64,000 nucleotides of DNA, taken from an uncultured bacterium (lineage in GTDB: Bacteria > Babelota > Babeliae > Babelales > Babelaceae). Of the stretch, positions 18,649 through 30,926 are shown piece by piece. Location of the stretch: the NCBI GenBank assembly GCA_963819815.1, contig CAWFXL010000001.1:736001-800000 (forward strand), written 5' to 3'. Position numbers and translations under genes: made by a program. Position 1 is the first letter of the stretch. The number at the start of each line of letters is the position of its first letter. The notes below the pieces were generated by a model. The model had not been told where the DNA came from. It did not search any database and saw only the letters and a program-made list of their open reading frames with translations.

Positions 18649-19191
18649 TTAAGGTAACTCACCATTTCTAATCTTTGTTAAGGTGCTCTCAATCCAATCC
18701 AACTCAGTCTGGTAATGAGCCAAAATTAACCGATGATTTTCATCAATATGTTTTGGCAAGGTGAGGTTTTTCATCGCCATGGGAAGGATTCGACTAGATG
18801 CTTTAATGACATGTCGCCATGTATCAGCCCGATGCTCTAATGCCATCACTAACTCATCTTTTGGTAAATAGTTCATAAAGGTAAGCGCAACTTGAAATGG
18901 ATCAACTGATGGCTTTAACTCAAGCCACTGCTTGCGTAACATTACCATAAAAGCATCCTTACCAGCTTGAGTAATTTGGTACACCGTCTTATCCTGCTTT
19001 CCACTTTGATCCTCACGAATGGTCAGAAGTCCCTCCTCAGCCATCTTCTTAAGCGCAAAGTAGATTGACCCATAGCCAATGTTGGCCCACTTATCAGCAT
19101 TCCATGATTCCAAAATCTGCTTTATTTCATAGCCATGGCTTGGCTGCCCATCATTCAAAAGACCCAAGAGTAATATTCGAATTGCTGACAT
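18649..19191 (-). CDS. PadR-family transcriptional regulator
   Basis: HGYEIK, GSIYFALKKM, YQITQAG. Confidence 0.9.
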   Translation of the reverse strand: MSAIRILLLGLLNDGQPSHGYEIKQILESWNADKWANIGYGSIYFALKKMAEEGLLTIREDQSGKQDKTVYQITQAGKDAFMVMLRKQWLELKPSVDPFQVALTFMNYLPKDELVMALEHRADTWRHVIKASSRILPMAMKNLTLPKHIDENHRLILAHYQTELDWIESTLTKIRNGELP

Positions 19192-19217
19192 AAAACCTCC
19201 ACGACTATTAAAACTTG

Positions 19218-19256
19218 TATAATAATTATTATATCAGGGTATCTTTTCTTAATCAA
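19218..19256 (-). promoter_or_regulatory. padR promoter with overlapping 16-bp palindrome
   Basis: TTGATT-17-TATAAT on the minus strand; perfect palindrome TATAATAATTATTATA at 19218-19233 overlaps the -10. Confidence 0.6.
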
Positions 19257-19359
19257 GTGCTCAAGACCAGAAGATGCTCCCCGGCAAGTCTCTTGTTTTT
19301 TGTTGAAAGATTGTATATACTATGTTTATCCTAAGTTTATACATCAAGGAGTGAGTTTT

Positions 19360-19602
19360 ATGAAAAAAAAGCTTTCACGCCATGGCAATAGTTTTGCTGT
19401 GATCATAGATAAACCAATTTTAGAGCTTTTGGACATTAACGAAAAAACGATGCTTAAAATCAAGACTGACGGAAAGAGAATAATAATTGAGCCGCTAAAA
19501 AGCATAGATTGCGTCATTAGTAAGAATTCAAAAATTCAAGGCGCTTTTGAAGACATTATGCAAGAGCACGAAGATGCTTTTAGAAAGCTCTCTAAGCAGT
19601 GA
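19360..19602 (+). CDS. AbrB/MazE-type antitoxin
   Basis: KLSRHGNSFAVII...IIIEP; AAGGAG RBS; 4-nt overlap with the toxin gene. Confidence 0.88.
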   Translation: MKKKLSRHGNSFAVIIDKPILELLDINEKTMLKIKTDGKRIIIEPLKSIDCVISKNSKIQGAFEDIMQEHEDAFRKLSKQ

Positions 19603-19994
19603 GTTCCATGGATAATATTATTTTTTTAAATACAGAAAATGTGCTGATGATTCATGAAGCTCAAATCAATATGTTTGGTGGGTTTCCTGGTGTAAGAGAT
19701 CGGCATTTGCTTGACTCTGCCGTTTTGGCTCCTCAAGCAACCTTTTCTGGATCCTATTTACATGCTGATGTGTTTGCAATGGCAGCAGCATATATGTACA
19801 GTATCATTAAGAATCATCCCTTTTTTGATGGCAATAAAAGAACAGGTATCAGTACTGGTTTAGTTTTTCTTAGAGCAAATGACATTCCCTGTTATTTTTC
19901 AAACGAAGAGCTCGTCGAATTTGGTATAAAGATAGCAAATTCAACAAGTTCATTTGAGAATATCACTGAACAGTTACGCGATAGATGCCGTTAA
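19599..19994 (+). CDS. doc: Doc (death-on-curing, Fic-family) toxin
   Basis: GVRDRHLLDSA and NHPFFDGNKRTG. Confidence 0.9.
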   Translation: MSSMDNIIFLNTENVLMIHEAQINMFGGFPGVRDRHLLDSAVLAPQATFSGSYLHADVFAMAAAYMYSIIKNHPFFDGNKRTGISTGLVFLRANDIPCYFSNEELVEFGIKIANSTSSFENITEQLRDRCR

Positions 19995-20093
19995 AAGCAT
20001 AAATTGCGAAGATTCTAACTGATTTTCCAAAAGCAAGAGCATTCCTAAGAGATTAATACCCACAGTACCATTAGAAATGCTCAATAGTTTAGG

Positions 20094-20136
20094 ATAAACC
20101 CTAAAGTTCAGAAAGAGTCTTAAATTTAGGGTTTAT
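20094..20136. repeat. 12-bp inverted repeat between convergent doc and holA-like genes
   Basis: ATAAACCCTAAA-N19-TTTAGGGTTTAT. Confidence 0.5.
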
Positions 20137-20344
20137 ATGGATGAGAAAAATACTGGTGCCTTGTTAAGAGATATCCTAATTTCTTGTACTTATAAATGCT
20201 CCGGGAATTAAAAAATCAAAAACCCATCATTTTCAGCAACTTTAGTAAAAAATAGCGCAAAAGTAGTTAAAATTACGACATTCATGCGATTTTTGCTTGA
20301 GAAAGTAGGTATTCCCGCATAGACTTGATTTAAAAACGAAGAAT

Positions 20345-21331
20345 TTAGCTTGCTCTCAAGAACCGATGGTACCACAGTTCAAGTGCATACTCACCTCCAC
20401 CATTCTTGCTTGCATAGTCAAGTTCATAAAGACCTCTATGCGCTTCAACGAGAACCTGAGGGCTATAGCGTTTCCAATCAGTGTTAAGAAACGTAAAAGG
20501 CAGCCTATAGAATCCTTTTTTTGCCTCCTCAAGACCAGATGAGTGCGCTGCCGAAACGAACTGGGTTGCTTGCCAGATCTGCTCTGACCAATAGGCCACC
20601 CAGAACTCCAGAGGATATTCATCCTTACAAGCCTTCCACTGCCGCAAAAAAAGACGCGGATTGCGACCTAAGAGATACTGACTGAGTGTAAAGAGTGAAG
20701 CTTCAGAAACAACAAGCTTGGTATACCACGAAGCAAAGAACTCCTTACCATTGCGCCCTACAACGACCTGGTAAGACATGACCCGGTAGGCTTCATCAAG
20801 TGCCAACGTCTCCTGATACGTAAAAAGATGCTGTATAAAGGCAGGGTCAGCCGTAATACCTGGATACAAGAATGAGAAAAGTTCCTTATAAAGCTCTTTA
20901 TCAACTTTTTCAGGCAATTCAATGAGCATCTGTGAAGCAGCATTCCACGATGAAGAAGCTTTCTTCGCTGCTATCTTGCGTCCTTTAGGTGCAGCTCCTA
21001 AGCTTTCAAAGAATAGTATCCCATGAGGACCTTCATAGACCTCGAGGTAGCCTTTCCAGGCTTTCTTAGCAGCAGCATCAAGTGAGGTAAAGTTCCTGAG
21101 TACATAGCGCTTTCTCATGCCAAGAAAACTCATATCTAAATGAGCCTTACACTCATTGAGGGAAGACTGCTCTACATCAAGAAAGGTAAGCTCACCAAGA
21201 AGAGCTTTTAAGCGCACAAAGAATCCTCCCAGAAATGCTGCTGGGTAGTCATAACCTTGGTATGCGATAACAAAAAACCCGGGAAAATCCGGGCTTTGTT
21301 GTATCTGTGGTAACGCAGCTCGTAACTGCAT
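20345..21331 (-). CDS. Probable divergent DNA polymerase III delta subunit
   Basis: Size, MSFLGMRKRYV (cf. SLF-x-x-x-R in delta), SLFTLSQYL, and C-terminal LYELDYASKNG (cf. D-x-x-x-K-x-G). Weak by-eye match only. Confidence 0.55.
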   Translation of the reverse strand: MQLRAALPQIQQSPDFPGFFVIAYQGYDYPAAFLGGFFVRLKALLGELTFLDVEQSSLNECKAHLDMSFLGMRKRYVLRNFTSLDAAAKKAWKGYLEVYEGPHGILFFESLGAAPKGRKIAAKKASSSWNAASQMLIELPEKVDKELYKELFSFLYPGITADPAFIQHLFTYQETLALDEAYRVMSYQVVVGRNGKEFFASWYTKLVVSEASLFTLSQYLLGRNPRLFLRQWKACKDEYPLEFWVAYWSEQIWQATQFVSAAHSSGLEEAKKGFYRLPFTFLNTDWKRYSPQVLVEAHRGLYELDYASKNGGGEYALELWYHRFLRAS

Positions 21332-21334
21332 TGT

Positions 21335-22129
21335 TTACTCCAATTCTGAAAAAAGATGCGCTGATGAGCGTAGTGCTGCACCAATATTCTTCTCAGCTGT
21401 AGGTACATAATGATTCTGGTCATAGAACTCAAAAAGCTCATTGACGCCCTTTTGAGCTAACGCACGCATATGCTCATACTGGTCCCAGGAAAGCGGAGCT
21501 CTCTCTGCTGATCCTTGTATTTCAATGACCTTGTCTGACCGCGTCAACACAAAGTTAAAGTCTGCTTCAGTACCGCTATCTTCCATAAAATCTAAATCGA
21601 GAATCGCCATATCTGAGGTAATACCAACAGACACTGCAGCAAGCTCATCAACAAGAATCTCATGAGAAATAATTCCCTGCCGAATCCACTTTGCTTGCGC
21701 TGCACGCAAGGCAAGATACGCAGCAGTAATACAGGCGGTGCGAGTTCCCCCATCAGCCTGCAGGACATCACAGTCTAAAAATATCGTCTGCTCACCTATG
21801 ACATCAAGCTGAGAAACAGACCTCAGTGCTCTCCCGATCATACGAGAGATCTCGATGGTCCTGCCACTTCTCTTATTAGCGGTTACTTCACGTACCGTCC
21901 TTATAGGAGTAGAAGCTGGAAGCAATGAATATTCAGCGGTCAGCCACCCAGATTTCTTGCCTCTCAAAAAATGAGGAACTCCCTGCTGCAGGGTGACCGA
22001 ACAAATAATCTTGGTATTGCCCAGCTCAAACAACGTCGATGCCGAAGCATACTTAAAAATATCATAGGACACACGCAGTGGTCTCAACTGGTCATGTGAC
22101 CTTTGGCCTGCTCGAACAAACTTGCTCAT
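21335..22129 (-). CDS. rph: Ribonuclease PH
   Basis: GWLTAEYSLLP, SGRTIEISRMIGRALR, DCDVLQADGGTRTA. Confidence 0.96.
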   Translation of the reverse strand: MSKFVRAGQRSHDQLRPLRVSYDIFKYASASTLFELGNTKIICSVTLQQGVPHFLRGKKSGWLTAEYSLLPASTPIRTVREVTANKRSGRTIEISRMIGRALRSVSQLDVIGEQTIFLDCDVLQADGGTRTACITAAYLALRAAQAKWIRQGIISHEILVDELAAVSVGITSDMAILDLDFMEDSGTEADFNFVLTRSDKVIEIQGSAERAPLSWDQYEHMRALAQKGVNELFEFYDQNHYVPTAEKNIGAALRSSAHLFSELE

Positions 22130-22140
22130 AGATTACTACC

Positions 22141-24219
22141 CTACTGTATGAGTTTTAAACGGATTCTCCCCGTACTTGGATCATAATCAAGTACAGACAC
22201 TTTCACAAGATCACCCGGCTTCATCGTTTTACTAAAGTCACCCACTTCTCGTGGAATATTAGAAACGTGCACAAGCCCATCCACCCCAGGAACCAATTCA
22301 ACAAAGAGTCCAAATTCAGCGATCTTCTTAATCGGACCCTCAAAAATGGCACCTTTGTCTATAATGCCCCCAAGAGTTTTCACCCAATGCACTGCTTTGT
22401 CAAGCTTCTCTCCAGGATGACCAAATATACGTACCGTACCATCATCATCGATATCAATTGTTGTAGCGGTTTTCTCAGTAATCTCACGGATCACTTTACC
22501 GCCAGTTCCTATGATAGCACCAATCTTATCGGTAGGTACCTTAACGGTCACAATCTGAGGTACTAAGTCAGACACCGTAGGATTTGGAACGGTCATTACC
22601 TTACGCATCTCGCCTAAGATATGTGCGCGTCCTTCCTTAGCCTGCGCTAATGCCATTTCAAAGACTTCTCGTGGTAATCCTACTTTAGCTTTAATATCCA
22701 TTTGAATAGCAGTGATACCTTTATCAGTACCCGCTACTTTAAAATCCATAAGTCCAAAGGCATCTTCCATACCTGAGATATCAGAAAGGGCTTGGAACTT
22801 GCCAGCTTTGCTCATTAAGAGACCCATAGCAATCCCACTCACCATACTCGTAATCGGTACACCTGCATTCATGAGTGCCATGGTAGAGCCACAGGTTGTC
22901 GCCATAGAAGTTGACCCATCAGATTCCAACATATCTGCTACTAAACGAATCGTATAGGGAAACTCTCCAGCCTTTGGAAGTACTGCACGTATAGCCGAAG
23001 CTGCTAAATATCCATGCCCAACCTCACGACGACCAACGCCACGCATAGGACGTACTTCTCCAACCGAAAACGGTGGGAAGTTATAGTGAAGCATAAACGT
23101 ACTTTCATACGATTCACCCATAATATCTTCTATACGTTGGGTATCAGTACCACCACCAAGTGTAGCACTCACTAACGCTTGTGTACGACCTCGGGTAAAC
23201 AGAGCAGAACCATGATTGAAAGGCAATAGACCAACTTCCACTTCAATTTGACGAATCTTATTAAAAGGACGGTCATCAATTCGCTTACCGCGCTTAAACG
23301 TCTCTTCAGATAATACTGATGCTATCTCTGTAGAGAAAACATAGTCAAGAACTTTTTGTGATGCTGCTTCTTCTGCACTTTCTGTTGAGGCAAATTTAGC
23401 AAAGAATTCGGTTTTTAGCCGATCCATACCCTGGCTACGCACAAGCTTATCAGTATGGAACAATACTGAAACTGTCTCCGGTGTCAGGAAATCAAGAGCA
23501 CGTTTTTTCCAAAGAGCCATATCAAAATGTTTCACCGGCTCTTCTTTGGGCGTACCCACTTCACGCTGTATCTCAAGCTGCCAAGCAACTTGCTTCTTAA
23601 TAACATCATGCGCTTTGAAAAGAAGATCCAGGAATTCTGACTCACTAATCTGATCGCAGCTTCCCTCTAACATACAGACACCTTCTTGGGTCCCTGCAAC
23701 AGTAATTTTGACCGTAGATTCGGCACTTTGTTGGTGCGTTGGATTAAAAATCCATTGGCCATCTACTCGTGCAACATTAATTGCACCCACAGGTCCAAGG
23801 AACGGAATCTTAGAAATCGTTAACGCTAACGATGAAGCCAATAATCCAAGCACTGAAGGTTCATGGATCTTATCCACAGAATAGACACCATTAACAATTT
23901 GGAGCTGCTCAAAGAAATCTTCGGGAAAAAGTGGACGGATTGCTCGATCAATAAGGCGAGAAACAAGGACATCGTTATCGCTTGGTTTGCCTTCACGTTT
24001 AAAATAACCTCCGGGAATACGTCCTGCGGCGGCAAAATTTTCTCGATATTCAACCGTCAGAGGAAGAAATCCGGGAAATTCATTACTGGGAGCGGTACAT
24101 ACCGTTGAAAGGAGAACCGTTCCTCCTTGTTGAATCCAGACTGCACCATCAGCTTGCTGAGCATATTTACCGAGGGTGACTTCAATACCATACTCGGGTA
24201 ATGTAAATTTTTTTTGCAT
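22141..24219 (-). CDS. pnp: Polyribonucleotide nucleotidyltransferase
   Basis: GRIPGGYFKREG, HYNFPPFSVGE, RREVGHG, MDFKVAG; KH and S1 domains. Confidence 0.97.
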   Translation of the reverse strand: MQKKFTLPEYGIEVTLGKYAQQADGAVWIQQGGTVLLSTVCTAPSNEFPGFLPLTVEYRENFAAAGRIPGGYFKREGKPSDNDVLVSRLIDRAIRPLFPEDFFEQLQIVNGVYSVDKIHEPSVLGLLASSLALTISKIPFLGPVGAINVARVDGQWIFNPTHQQSAESTVKITVAGTQEGVCMLEGSCDQISESEFLDLLFKAHDVIKKQVAWQLEIQREVGTPKEEPVKHFDMALWKKRALDFLTPETVSVLFHTDKLVRSQGMDRLKTEFFAKFASTESAEEAASQKVLDYVFSTEIASVLSEETFKRGKRIDDRPFNKIRQIEVEVGLLPFNHGSALFTRGRTQALVSATLGGGTDTQRIEDIMGESYESTFMLHYNFPPFSVGEVRPMRGVGRREVGHGYLAASAIRAVLPKAGEFPYTIRLVADMLESDGSTSMATTCGSTMALMNAGVPITSMVSGIAMGLLMSKAGKFQALSDISGMEDAFGLMDFKVAGTDKGITAIQMDIKAKVGLPREVFEMALAQAKEGRAHILGEMRKVMTVPNPTVSDLVPQIVTVKVPTDKIGAIIGTGGKVIREITEKTATTIDIDDDGTVRIFGHPGEKLDKAVHWVKTLGGIIDKGAIFEGPIKKIAEFGLFVELVPGVDGLVHVSNIPREVGDFSKTMKPGDLVKVSVLDYDPSTGRIRLKLIQ

Positions 24220-24231
24220 TAAGAAAACCTT

Positions 24232-24492
24232 TTATTTACGTAACCCAAGTGTTGTTATAACTTTTTTATAGCCATCAAAATTTTCGCGCTTTAGATAGTC
24301 AAGTAATTTACGACGGCGTCCGACTAGGACAAGCAATCCACGTTTTGATCCGTAGTCCTTTGCATGCGTTGCAAAGTGCTCATTTAAGGTATTAATCCTC
24401 TCGGTTAAGAGAGCGATTTGCACTTCGGTCGAGCCAGAATCACTGGCATGGCGCTTAAATTGCGCCGCTGTATCTGTTCTTGTTTCAGCCAT
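24232..24492 (-). CDS. rpsO: 30S ribosomal protein S15
   Basis: [30 protein letters not shown]. Confidence 0.97.
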   Translation of the reverse strand: MAETRTDTAAQFKRHASDSGSTEVQIALLTERINTLNEHFATHAKDYGSKRGLLVLVGRRRKLLDYLKRENFDGYKKVITTLGLRK

Positions 24493-24523
24493 GTTGAGAA
24501 ACTCCTTACAATTCTTTAGGATC

Positions 24524-24598
24524 TGGTAGGCGTAAGCGGATTTGAACCGCTGACCCCTGCTACGTCAAAGCAGTGCTCTACCTCTGAGCTATACGCCT
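24524..24598 (-). tRNA. tRNA-Val(GAC)
   Basis: Cloverleaf AGGCGTA...GGTTCAAATCC...TACGCCTACCA; anticodon loop TTGACGT. Confidence 0.93.
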
Positions 24599-24619
24599 AT
24601 TCATAGCACTAATACTATT

Positions 24620-27600
24620 TCAAATTACCGGTTCAAGAGGCTTAACCCCATGCAAACCTTCGAGGTATTTTTTTCTAAACGAGGCAACTCCTGTTCCAGC
24701 TGGAATCAGTTTACCTATTATCACATTTTCTTTCAATCCATACAGATGATCTATCTGCCCAGATACTGCCGCTTCAGCCAAAATACGGGTCGTTTCTTGG
24801 AATGATGCTGCAGAAATGAAGCTTTCAGTACCAAGCGATGCAAGGGTAATACCCATAAGCACCGGTTTAGCCTTCGCCACCTTTCTACCCTCAGCTTGCA
24901 ATGCTTCATTCAAGGTTTGGAAGTGAATACGGTCAACGCGGTCACCCACCAAGAATTCAGTATCTCCAGGATCAACGATACGTACCTTACGCAGCATTTG
25001 ACGCACGATAAGTTCTATATGCCTATCATTAATATCAATTCCTTGTAGGCGATAAATGAGCTGTATCTGGTTCACCAGATATTTTTGAAGAACTTCAGGC
25101 CCTAGGATCCGAAGAATATCATGGAGCACAGGAGCCCCTGCCGTAATAAGGTCACCAGCTTGCACACGATCACCATTATTAACGTTTACCTGCTTACCTC
25201 GTGGAATAAGATAATCAAAAGATTGGTCACCATCAGTTATCGTAATCTTACGCTGACCACGAGTAATACCACCAAAGGTCACTTCTCCATCGATATCGGC
25301 CAATATTGCAGGATCTTTTGGCATACGTGCTTCAAAAAGCTCCGCAATACGAGGCAACCCACCGGTGGTAATATCTTGAGATCTCGTTGCTTCACGAGGA
25401 ACCTTCATAAGAACATCACCAACTTTTACTTTTTGTCCATCAGCAACCGTTAAATGTGCACTGCTTGGCAAGAAATAATGAGCAAGCTCATCTCCCTTGT
25501 CATTGACAATGTCGATCACCGGCTGGTACTTATCGCTCTTATGTTCAAGAACCACTTTTGCTGATCGGCCTGTAGCATCATCATACCGTTCTTGAACGGT
25601 CACGTTATCGATAAGGTCTTGGTATTTTACGGTACCCGCCTGCTCAGTAATAAGAACTTTATTGTTGACATCCCACTCTACGAGCTTCGTGCCGGCTTTT
25701 ATTTGCTGGTCATTCTGTACTAAGAGACGTGACCCATATTCAAGATCATAGCGCTGTAATTCACGACCATCCAATGAGAGGATAATGAGTAACGCTTTAC
25801 GACTCAGGATCATCGTATGGCCTTCTGAATTGACCACGGTTCTTACAAGACGTAATTGTACCACGCCATCATATTTAGCAGTATAGGAAGATTGCTCAGC
25901 AACACTCGCAATACCCCCAATATGGAAGGTTCTCATAGTAAGCTGAGTACCAGGTTCACCGATCGACTGTGCGGCAATAATACCCACGGTCGTTCCCACA
26001 TCAACCAAATCAGTTTTTGAAAGATCGATACCGTAACACAAGGCACATACGCCCCGTTTTGCCTGACAAAGAAGAGGTGAACGAAGGGGTATGATGGTAA
26101 TTGCAGATTCATTAATGCGGTCTAAATCAGCAGCACTAACAAAGCTTCCTTGCTTAAGAATAATTTCACCAGAGATAGGATCTTTCGTATCTTGCGCAAC
26201 TACACGACCATAGACCCGTAAGCCAAGATCATAGAGCACCTCACCACCTTCTCTGAGTGCCTCAGTCATAACATACCCAAGCGTTTTGCAATCGTGCATA
26301 ACCACTACAAGGTCCTGAGCTACGTCTACCAATCGACGAGTAAGGTACCCTGAGTTAGCTGTTTTCAACGCGGTATCAGCCTGACCTTTACGAGCACCAT
26401 GAGTAGAAATAAAGTACTCAAACACTCCAAGGCCTTGCTTAAAGTTTGTCTTAACAGGAGTCTCCATAATTTCACCAGAGGGCTTAGCCATGAGTCCCCT
26501 CATACCGACCAACTGACGAACCTGCTCTTTTGAAGAACGAGCACCTGAGCTCAACATCATAAAGATAGCATTAAACGGTTCATTCGTTTTGTCTTCGTTG
26601 AGGTATGCTTTTTTGTCAGCTTTATCAAGTTCAGCAAAAACATGGTCTGCCACATCAGAAGTTGCCTTTGACCAAAGGCTCAGAACCTTATTGTTCCGCT
26701 CACCGTTGGTAATAACACCATCCATGTAGAGCTCTTCGATTCTTTGAACTTCTTTCTCTGCTTTTTCAATAATGACATCTTTTTCTTTAGGCACAATCAA
26801 GTTATCGATCGGGAATGAGATACCGGCCATCGTTGCATTATAAAAACCAAGTTTTTTAATACGATCGAGGCATTTTACCGTAGCCACACTACCAAAGCGG
26901 TTGTACACTTGATCAACAAGCTTAGTAAGCTCAGATTTTTTCATAATCCGATTTACCCAAGCAAAGTCAGATCCTTCAGGCAATGCTTTATACAGGAGTA
27001 CACGACCAACACTTGTTTCAGTAAGTTCGGTTTCTCCTACACGTACCTTAATACGTGCGTGAAGATGCACTTGACCCATCTGATGTGCACTTACCACCTC
27101 ATCAGTAGTAGCAAAGACAATACCTTCACCCAATTGATTACAACGGATTTTGGTAATAAAGTGAAGCCCAAGAACCATATCCTGCGAAGGAACGGTCACT
27201 GGACGACCATTGGCTGCCGATAAAATATTTTGCGTTGAGAGAATAAGATGCTTAGATTCTAAGCGTGCACTCTCACTCAACGGAATATGTACCGCCATCT
27301 GGTCACCATCAAAGTCAGCGTTGTATGCGCTACACACTAACGGATGAATCTTGATTGCTTTACCATCCACTAATATTGGATAAAAAGCCTGAATACCTAA
27401 TCTATGTAATGTCGGAGCACGGTTTAAGAGAACTGGATAGTTCTGTACAACTGACTCAAGAACGTCCCAAACTTCAGGGGCCCATTCTTCAACCATACGT
27501 TTTGCAACACGCAGGTTTGGCGCCATTTCATTTTCTAAAAGACCCGCAAACACGTGCGATTTAAAGAGCTCGAGCGCCATAATTTTAGGAAGACCACATT

Positions 27601-28702
27601 GGTCCATACGCAATTCTGGATCAACAACGATAACAGAACGACCCGAGTAATCAACCCGTTTACCAAGAAGGTTCTGCCTAAAGCGCCCTTGTTTACCACG
27701 TAACATTTCACTCAACGACTTAAGCGCACGCTTATTTGAGCCGCGAACAGCCTGACCACGACGACCATTATCAATGAGCGCGTCAACAGATTCTTGGAGC
27801 ATACGTTTTTCATTTTTAATAATTACCGATGGTGCTTGTATTTCCATTAAACGCTGTAAGCGAATATTTCTGTTAAGCACTCGACGATAGAGTTCATTAA
27901 GGTCAGAGCTCGCAAATCGGCCCCCTTCTAAGGGCACCAAAGGACGCAAGTCGGGTGGCAAGACGGGCAAGACACTCATGATCATCCAGTCAGGACGTAA
28001 GTTCGCCTGTGCAAGCCCTTTAATAACCTTAAGACGTCTCAAGAGTTTATGACGAGTCGCAACTGCTGAGGTACCCTGATATTTTTCTTCAAGAGCTGCT
28101 TTCTCCGCATGCAGATCGAGCTTTGAAAGTACTAAGCGTATCGCTTCAGCACCCGTTTCAGCTTTGAATTCAAAGTCACCTGGATTTGCATCAAGGTATC
28201 CTTCAAGTTCAGTACCACTTAAAAGGTACCGTTCTGGATAGGGAGATTTGCCCTGCTTAATAACCAAGGAAGCATCAAAGTAGATGATACGTTCAAGATC
28301 TTTAATAGGCATATCAAGGATCAGACCCAAGTAACTTGGTATCCCCTTTAAGTACCATATATGGCAGACGGGAGCTACGAGCTCTATATGCCCCATTCGT
28401 TCACGACGAACACGGGCTTGAATTACTTCAACGCCACATTTTTCGCAGGTGATCCCCCGATGTTTCATACGCTTGTATTTACCACAGTTACATTCCCAAT
28501 CCTTTACCGGGCCAAATATACGGGCACAGAAAAGACCGTCACGTTCTGGTTTGAGCGTACGATAGTTAATCGTCTCTATTTTTTTTACTTCGCCATAGGA
28601 TAATGATCGTACTTTCTCAGGAGAAGCAAGTCCGATTTTTAATGCATTAAACTGTGCCGTATTTATATACTCACGAAATCGTTCAAGCAGTTTGTTACTC
28701 AC
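24620..28702 (-). CDS. rpoC: RNA polymerase beta' subunit
   Basis: [19 protein letters not shown], zinc finger, [13 protein letters not shown]. Confidence 0.99.
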   Translation of the reverse strand: MSNKLLERFREYINTAQFNALKIGLASPEKVRSLSYGEVKKIETINYRTLKPERDGLFCARIFGPVKDWECNCGKYKRMKHRGITCEKCGVEVIQARVRRERMGHIELVAPVCHIWYLKGIPSYLGLILDMPIKDLERIIYFDASLVIKQGKSPYPERYLLSGTELEGYLDANPGDFEFKAETGAEAIRLVLSKLDLHAEKAALEEKYQGTSAVATRHKLLRRLKVIKGLAQANLRPDWMIMSVLPVLPPDLRPLVPLEGGRFASSDLNELYRRVLNRNIRLQRLMEIQAPSVIIKNEKRMLQESVDALIDNGRRGQAVRGSNKRALKSLSEMLRGKQGRFRQNLLGKRVDYSGRSVIVVDPELRMDQCGLPKIMALELFKSHVFAGLLENEMAPNLRVAKRMVEEWAPEVWDVLESVVQNYPVLLNRAPTLHRLGIQAFYPILVDGKAIKIHPLVCSAYNADFDGDQMAVHIPLSESARLESKHLILSTQNILSAANGRPVTVPSQDMVLGLHFITKIRCNQLGEGIVFATTDEVVSAHQMGQVHLHARIKVRVGETELTETSVGRVLLYKALPEGSDFAWVNRIMKKSELTKLVDQVYNRFGSVATVKCLDRIKKLGFYNATMAGISFPIDNLIVPKEKDVIIEKAEKEVQRIEELYMDGVITNGERNNKVLSLWSKATSDVADHVFAELDKADKKAYLNEDKTNEPFNAIFMMLSSGARSSKEQVRQLVGMRGLMAKPSGEIMETPVKTNFKQGLGVFEYFISTHGARKGQADTALKTANSGYLTRRLVDVAQDLVVVMHDCKTLGYVMTEALREGGEVLYDLGLRVYGRVVAQDTKDPISGEIILKQGSFVSAADLDRINESAITIIPLRSPLLCQAKRGVCALCYGIDLSKTDLVDVGTTVGIIAAQSIGEPGTQLTMRTFHIGGIASVAEQSSYTAKYDGVVQLRLVRTVVNSEGHTMILSRKALLIILSLDGRELQRYDLEYGSRLLVQNDQQIKAGTKLVEWDVNNKVLITEQAGTVKYQDLIDNVTVQERYDDATGRSAKVVLEHKSDKYQPVIDIVNDKGDELAHYFLPSSAHLTVADGQKVKVGDVLMKVPREATRSQDITTGGLPRIAELFEARMPKDPAILADIDGEVTFGGITRGQRKITITDGDQSFDYLIPRGKQVNVNNGDRVQAGDLITAGAPVLHDILRILGPEVLQKYLVNQIQLIYRLQGIDINDRHIELIVRQMLRKVRIVDPGDTEFLVGDRVDRIHFQTLNEALQAEGRKVAKAKPVLMGITLASLGTESFISAASFQETTRILAEAAVSGQIDHLYGLKENVIIGKLIPAGTGVASFRKKYLEGLHGVKPLEPVI

Positions 28703-30926
28703 TTACTTCCTCCTTGCCACTTTTAAAGAGATCTATGCGTAACCCAAGACTCTGCAATTCTTTTATTAACACATTAAATGATTCAGGTAACCCCGGATCA
28801 GGTATTGGTTCATTTCTGACCAACGCCTCATACACCTTATGACGACCAACAACGTCATCAGATTTGTACGTGAGCATCTCCTGAAGACTATAGGCTGCGC
28901 CATGTGCTTCAAGTGCCCAGACCTCCATCTCCCCAAATCGTTGTCCCCCAAGCTGCGCTTTACCACCAAGTGGTTGCTGCGTAACTAAGGAGTATGGCCC
29001 CACAGAACGAGCATGCAATTTATCATCAACCATGTGGTTCAGTTTCATGATGTAAATATTACCAACCGTTACCGGCTGGTCAAAGTATTCGCCCGTTCGC
29101 CCATCACGAATCATATAGACCCCAGAAATAGGGCCACCAACGGTCTCAATAAGAGGCTTAATATCTTGCTCAAACGAAGCTCCATCAAATACAGGAGTCG
29201 TAAAACAGACCCCCTCTTTTGCAGATCGTCGTGCAAGTTCTAAAAGCCCTTCTTCACCATAGGATTTTTCATAGGTTTCAATAAGCTCTTTACCATAGGC
29301 AGCTGTAAGCAACTTGCGTGCCCCTTTCAGACCTTCAACTTCAAGAAGCTTACCAATCTGCTCACCCAACTGCTGGCCCGCAAATCCAAGAATCGTTTCA
29401 AGAATCTGACCAACGTTCATACGTGAGGGTACACCTAAGGGGTTGAGCACAATATCAACCGGCGTTCCATCATCCATATAGGGCATATCTTCACGAGGAA
29501 CAATAATAGATACCACACCCTTATTACCATGGCGACCGGCAACTTTATCACCAACCGATACATGCCGCTTCATACCGATGTACACTTTTACCATCTTAAT
29601 AACGCCTGAAGGAAGCGGATCACCTTTTTTCAAACGGTTAATACGTTCTTCCTTGAGACCTAACAAGATACGTGCCTGATTTTCACAGGATGATGCAAGG
29701 TTCTTAACCTCAGTAGCAAGCGCCTTATCAGCCGGTTTAAGCGCAGCAAGCTCTTTAAGCTCAGCTTGTTGAAGTTTCGCTTTATCGAACTTACCTGTCT
29801 TAATAAGCGATGATTTATCGCCCTTAGCAGCCTCTTTACCGCCAAGAAGTTCAGCAATTTTAAGCCCAACCATTTTTTCAAGGGTATGCACATGCATGTC
29901 ATACTCTTTTTCAAGACGGAAGGTTTCCTGTGCAACCATCTCTTTATAACGTCTATCTCGACGTATACCTGCGCGTGAAAATACTTTCACGTCGATAACC
30001 GTTCCCTCAATACCAGGGGGTACTCGAAGAGAAGTATCGCGCACTTCACGAGATTTTTCTCCAAAGATCGCACGTAATAATTTCTCCTCTGGAGAAAATT
30101 GAATATCACCTTTTAAGGTAACTTTACCTACTAAGATATCACCCGGTCGAACCCTAGTACCTATCCGTACAATGCCATCTTCATCAAGACCTGCGAGCAC
30201 CGATTCACTAATATTAGGAATATCACGAGTAATCTCTTCAGGCCCGAGCTTGGTGTCTCTCGCTTCTACGACATATTCATCGATATGCACCGACGTTAAC
30301 ACATCATCCGTTACTAACCGTTTGCTTAAGACAATTGCGTCCTCAAAGTTGTATCCATGCCATGGCATGAAGGCAACATTTAAGTTACTTCCTAGAGCAA
30401 GCTCACCATTATACACTGAGGTTCCATCACTCAAAAGATCGCCTTTTTTCACCCGATCACCAACATGTACAATCGGTGATTGATGAATCCAGGTATAGTA
30501 ACTTGAACGCTGGAACTTCCTCAGATAATAGGTATCTACCCCTTGAGAAATCCAATCATCAACGTTTTTAAATTCCGATTCATCAAGACGTACAACAATC
30601 TTCTCTGAAGAAACATATTCTACATAGCCATCATGTTTCGCAATAATAATCGCACCAGAAGCACGAGCAATTTCACGCTCCATGCCGGTACCTACAATAG
30701 GTGTTTGAAGTTTAATAATCGGAACCGCTTGTCGTTGCATGTTCGATCCCATGAGCGCACGAGATGCATCATCATGCGATAAGAAGGGAATCAATGCAGT
30801 CGAAACAGAAACAAGCTGTTTTGGTGATAAATCTACATAATCGATCTTATCACTATCGACATACATGAAGTTACCTTCATGTCGTAGCAAAAACACGTTC
30901 CTCAATAACTTCTTTGGTATCTTCAT
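28695..30926 (-). CDS. rpoB: RNA polymerase beta subunit, C-terminal part (after frameshift)
   Basis: [40 protein letters not shown]. Homologous sequence resumes at RHEGNFMY near 30884. Confidence 0.95.
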   Translation of the reverse strand: MKIPKKLLRNVFLLRHEGNFMYVDSDKIDYVDLSPKQLVSVSTALIPFLSHDDASRALMGSNMQRQAVPIIKLQTPIVGTGMEREIARASGAIIIAKHDGYVEYVSSEKIVVRLDESEFKNVDDWISQGVDTYYLRKFQRSSYYTWIHQSPIVHVGDRVKKGDLLSDGTSVYNGELALGSNLNVAFMPWHGYNFEDAIVLSKRLVTDDVLTSVHIDEYVVEARDTKLGPEEITRDIPNISESVLAGLDEDGIVRIGTRVRPGDILVGKVTLKGDIQFSPEEKLLRAIFGEKSREVRDTSLRVPPGIEGTVIDVKVFSRAGIRRDRRYKEMVAQETFRLEKEYDMHVHTLEKMVGLKIAELLGGKEAAKGDKSSLIKTGKFDKAKLQQAELKELAALKPADKALATEVKNLASSCENQARILLGLKEERINRLKKGDPLPSGVIKMVKVYIGMKRHVSVGDKVAGRHGNKGVVSIIVPREDMPYMDDGTPVDIVLNPLGVPSRMNVGQILETILGFAGQQLGEQIGKLLEVEGLKGARKLLTAAYGKELIETYEKSYGEEGLLELARRSAKEGVCFTTPVFDGASFEQDIKPLIETVGGPISGVYMIRDGRTGEYFDQPVTVGNIYIMKLNHMVDDKLHARSVGPYSLVTQQPLGGKAQLGGQRFGEMEVWALEAHGAAYSLQEMLTYKSDDVVGRHKVYEALVRNEPIPDPGLPESFNVLIKELQSLGLRIDLFKSGKEEVSE

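Noticed and set aside
30877..30879. Alternative genetic code (TGA readthrough) as the explanation for the rpoB break
   Set aside because: The downstream homology is in a different frame, and TGA serves as a normal stop in other genes here.
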